From Polyangiales bacterium (GTDB lineage Bacteria; Myxococcota_A; Polyangia; Polyangiales; Ga0077539): 64,000 nucleotides of DNA. This document shows, in pieces, positions 59,680-64,000 of the stretch (positions are counted from its first letter, which is position 1; every line of letters begins with the position of its first letter). The translations under genes and the position numbers were made by a program. The notes below the pieces were generated by a model. That model did no database searches, was not told the DNA's origin, and worked only from the letters and a program-made list of their open reading frames with translations. The DNA is taken from NCBI GenBank assembly GCA_044229975.1, contig JBGARZ010000001.1:928001-992000 (forward strand), given 5' to 3'.

Positions 59680-61515
59680 TCAGGCCTTGGCGACCACTCC
59701 CTTGAACATCCGGAACGTGCGCGAGAGCGCCTCGACCTGCTCCTTCAGCGCCGTCGCATCGCGCCGGTCGATCGCCACCTTGGTGCGCTCGATGACCCCC
59801 TGGGCCTTGTCGAGGGCGTCGCGCCCATAGTCGCTGCCGCCGACCACCTTCGAGACCTTGTCGAAGAGCCGCTCGATCTCGTGCATCAGCCCCTCGGCCT
59901 CCTGCTTGCGGGCCTCGTACTCCTCGTCGCGCTTGCGCTCGACCGCGAACTCCTTGCCCGCGTCGATCATCGCCTCGATCTCCTCGCGGGTGAGCCCCGA
60001 GGTGGCCGTCACGGTGATCGACTGCTCCTTGCCCGTCTCGAGGTCCTTCGCGTGGACGCTGACGATGCCGTCGGCGTTGATCTCGAAGGTCACCTCGATC
60101 TCCACGACACCAGCCGGTGCGCGCCGCAGACCCGTCAGGATGAACTCCCCGAGGAGCTCGTTTTGATCGGCCTGGTCGCTCTCGCCCTGCATGACGAGGA
60201 TCTTCACCGCGGTCTGGTTGTCCCGCGACGTGGTGAAGGTCTTGCCGCGCGCCGTCGGGACCGTGGTGTCCTTCGGGATGAGCGGCTCCATGAGCCCGCC
60301 CGCCACCATCATGCCGAGGGTCTGCGGCGTCACGTCGAGCAGCACGACCTTGTTCATGTTGGGCGAGTCGTCTTCGAGCAGCGCCGACCCCTGGATCGAC
60401 GCCCCGATGGCCACCACCTCGTCGGGATGAACGCCCTTGCTCGGCTCGCGCCCGAGGAAGTCCGCCACGCTGCGCTCGACCAGCGGCATGCGGGTCATGC
60501 CGCCCACCAGGATCACGTCCTCCACGTCTTCGCGGCGCAGGCCCGCGTCGTCGAGGGTCTGCTTCATGATGTCGACGGTCTTCTGCACGAGGTCGCCCGT
60601 GAGCGCCTCGAAGTCGGCGCGCGAGAGCACCCGCTGGAGGTGCAGCGCCTCGTTGCGCCCCGACGAGATGATGAACGGGAGGTTGATCTCCACCTCGCGC
60701 ACCGATGACAGCTCGACCTTCGCCTTCTCCGCCGCGTCCTTCAGGCGCTGAAGGGCCATGCGGTCCTTGCGGAGGTCGATGCCGTGCTCTTCCTTGAAGC
60801 CGTCGACCAGCCAGTCGATGACCCGCGCGTCGAAGTCCTCGCCGCCGAGGAAGGTGTCACCCGCCGTCGAGATGACCTTGAACACACCCGTCGAGCCGAT
60901 CTCCAGGATGGAGACGTCGAAGGTTCCGCCGCCGAGGTCGTACACGGCCACGGTGCGGTCGATGTTGCGCCCGAAGCCGTAGGCCAGCGCCGCCGCCGTC
61001 GGCTCGTTGATGATGCGGATGACTTCGAGGCCCGCGATGGCCCCGGCGTCCTTGGTCGCCTGCCGCTGGTTGTCGTTGAAATACGCGGGCACCGTCACCA
61101 CGGCCTTCACGACCTCGTGCCCCAGGTACTCCTCGGCGATGAGCTTCATCTCCGCGAGCACCATCGCCGACACCTCGGGCACCGAGTGGGCCTTGTCGCG
61201 CAGCGAGATGCGGACGTCCCCGTGCGGGCCCTCGACGATGTTGTACGAGGCCGTCTGCGCGACCTGCTTCACCTGCGGGCTGTTCCACTTGCGGCCGATG
61301 AGCCGCTTGGCGGAGTAGACCGTGTTCTCCGCGTTGGTGATGGCCTGCCGCTTGGCGAGGTGCCCCACGAGGCGCTTGCCCGCCTCGGTCATCGCCACCA
61401 TCGACGGCGTGGTCTTGTACCCGCCACGGTTGGCGATCACCACCGCCGTCCCATTTTCAACCACGGCGACGCATGAGTTCGTCGTCCCAAGATCGATCCC
61501 GATGACCTTTTCCAT
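59680..61515 (-). CDS. dnaK: Molecular chaperone DnaK (Hsp70), probable paralogue
   Basis: [48 protein letters not shown]. Confidence 0.93.
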   Translation of the reverse strand: MEKVIGIDLGTTNSCVAVVENGTAVVIANRGGYKTTPSMVAMTEAGKRLVGHLAKRQAITNAENTVYSAKRLIGRKWNSPQVKQVAQTASYNIVEGPHGDVRISLRDKAHSVPEVSAMVLAEMKLIAEEYLGHEVVKAVVTVPAYFNDNQRQATKDAGAIAGLEVIRIINEPTAAALAYGFGRNIDRTVAVYDLGGGTFDVSILEIGSTGVFKVISTAGDTFLGGEDFDARVIDWLVDGFKEEHGIDLRKDRMALQRLKDAAEKAKVELSSVREVEINLPFIISSGRNEALHLQRVLSRADFEALTGDLVQKTVDIMKQTLDDAGLRREDVEDVILVGGMTRMPLVERSVADFLGREPSKGVHPDEVVAIGASIQGSALLEDDSPNMNKVVLLDVTPQTLGMMVAGGLMEPLIPKDTTVPTARGKTFTTSRDNQTAVKILVMQGESDQADQNELLGEFILTGLRRAPAGVVEIEVTFEINADGIVSVHAKDLETGKEQSITVTATSGLTREEIEAMIDAGKEFAVERKRDEEYEARKQEAEGLMHEIERLFDKVSKVVGGSDYGRDALDKAQGVIERTKVAIDRRDATALKEQVEALSRTFRMFKGVVAKA

Positions 61516-61641
61516 CCGAGAACCCGCTCGCTGTTATGACGACCCGTCGTCGCCTCTACGGTCGTCCAGTCCGCACCGCTTGGCAACGGGCTTGTGCCCC
61601 GCCCGGGACGATTCCCCCGGGCGCTCATGTGGCACCTGCGC

Positions 61642-62540
<899 letters not shown>

Positions 62541-62544
<4 letters not shown>

Positions 62545-63758
62545 GCCGCCCCCCTGGGAAGCTCACCGAGCACGGCGTCGAGCGTCTTGATGCCCTGGTC
62601 GAGCTCGGCCTCGCTCACGATGAGCGGCGGCGCGAAGCGCAGCACATGGTCGCCCGCCTGCGCGATGAGCACGCCCTTGTCGCGCATCGCGCCGAGCACC
62701 GCGCGGGCCTCGACGTGGTCGGCCAGCACCAGACCGCACAAGAGACCGCGACCGCGCGCCCCCTTCACCAGCGTCGGGTGCTTCGCCGCGAGGCTCTCCA
62801 ACGCCGAGAGGAAATACGCGCCCTTCTTCGCCGCCCCCTCGATGAGGTTCTCGCGGTCAAGCGTCTCCAGCACCGCGAGCGCCGCCGCGCAGGCCAACGG
62901 GTTGCCGCCGAAGGTGCTGCCGTGGGTGCCCGGCGCGAGCGCCTCGGCGTGCTTCTCCTTCACCAGAAATGCCCCGATGGGAACGCCACCCGCCACGCCC
63001 TTGGCGATGGTGAGCACGTCCGCCGCGACGCCCTCGTGCTGCGACGCGAGGTACTTCCCGCTGCGCCCGACGCCCGTCTGGATCTCATCGAGGATGAGCA
63101 GCGTCCCCGTCTCGTCGCAGAGCTGGCGCAGCCCCTGGAGGTAGCCCGCCGGGGCCGGCATCACGCCGCCTTCGCCCTGCACCGGCTCGACGATGATGAC
63201 GGCCGTGCGGTCGTTGACCCGCCGACGCATCGCTTCGAGGTCGCCGTACGCCACCTGCGAGACGCCCGAAAGACGCGGGCCGAAGCCCTCCCAGTACTTC
63301 GGGGTCCCCGTCATCGCGACGGCGCCCATGGAGCGCCCGTGAAACGAGCTCCACGTCGCCACGACGTCGGTGCGCTCGGGCTGCCCCTGCGTGAAGAACC
63401 ACCGACGCGCCAGCTTGAGCGCCCCCTCGTTGGCCTCGGTTCCGCTGTTGGTGAAGAAGACGCGGTCCATCCCGGTGCGGGCGCAGAGCTGGGCGGCGAG
63501 CTCGATCTGCCGGTCGTTGTAGTAGAGGTTGGCGATGTGCCCGAGGCGGCCGACCTGCTCGGTCACGGCCTTCACCAGCGCCGGGTGCGAGTGCCCGAGC
63601 ACGCACACCGCGATGCCCGCGTAGAGGTCGAGGTACGAGCGCCCTTCGGTGTCGTAGAGGCGACAGCCCTCGCCGCGCGTCATCACCAGCGGCGGCTGCT
63701 TGTAGGTCTTGAGCAGGTGGCGGCTTGCGAGGGCCAGCAACGCGTCGGTTTCAGCCAT
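62541..63758 (-). CDS. argD: Acetylornithine aminotransferase
   Basis: NSGTEANE, FHGRS, EPVQGEGG, DEIQTG, AKG, HGSTFGGNPL; overlaps argF. Confidence 0.93.
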
Positions 63759-63771
63759 AGATCTCGTTGAT

Positions 63772-63999
63772 CTACACCCCTCGCCCGAGCCTGACCAGCG
63801 CCGTGGCGGCCACCGCGCGTAGCGTCTCGCTGCACGGCTCGCAGCCGCCGCCGCAGCACCGCGGCCAACGCTCGACGGGCAGCCGCAACAGCGGCCGAAC
63901 CGACGAGCGGTAGTAGTCGGGGAGGCCGTGGTGGTCGGCGCTCTCGGCGAGGGCCCGATCGACGTCCTCGGGCGCGAGGTCGGCGATGCGGTCGTCGCT
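63772..63999 (-). CDS. Small Cys-cluster protein (CCGGGCEPC, oxidoreductase-like N-terminal motif), 5'-partial
   Basis: Manual translation ...SDDRIADLAPEDVDRALAESADHHGLPDYYRSSVRPLLRLPVERWPRCCGGGCEPCSETLRAVAATALVRLGRGV*; not in ORF track. Confidence 0.6.
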   Translation of the reverse strand, partial: SDDRIADLAPEDVDRALAESADHHGLPDYYRSSVRPLLRLPVERWPRCCGGGCEPCSETLRAVAATALVRLGRGV

Positions 64000-64000
64000 C

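Noticed and set aside
61601..61622. GCCCGGG/CCCGGGC hairpin as argF terminator
   Set aside because: No U-tract, and such short GC stems are common at this composition; not supportable.

Overview
Very GC-rich bacterial DNA, most likely Myxococcota (Polyangia-like), judged by MYXO-CTERM tails, Cys-rich lipoproteins, a DUF1592/DUF1552 pair, eukaryotic-like kinases and a DnaK paralogue. No rRNA, tRNA, CRISPR array, integrase or transposase was recognised. The main candidate for an undescribed system is a RiPP-like locus at about 3.2-11.7 kb. It has five translationally coupled genes (soluble Ser/His S26-type peptidase, two HprK-related P-loop kinases, PqqD/RRE, radical SAM/SPASM), then a 1266-aa Ig/FN3/FG-GAP lipoprotein and a 55-aa peptide with a YxxP leader and a two-Cys core, facing a convergent nucleotidyltransferase. 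Other notable items: a Pyr4/PaxB-type membrane terpene cyclase running off the left edge (absent from the ORF track), an SRP RNA whose flanks can extend it into a rod of about 160 nt, a 15-kb block of secreted Cys-rich/NIDO/RCC1 proteins with a tandem duplication, a lipoprotein protein-arginine deiminase of the animal-like type, two tandem receptor-like pseudokinases, and a Syd/SUKH-like gene divergent from a macrodomain gene. The right end is housekeeping (pdxH, nudC, SDR, dnaK paralogue, argF, argD). All family calls come from motif recognition by eye; no database searches were run.
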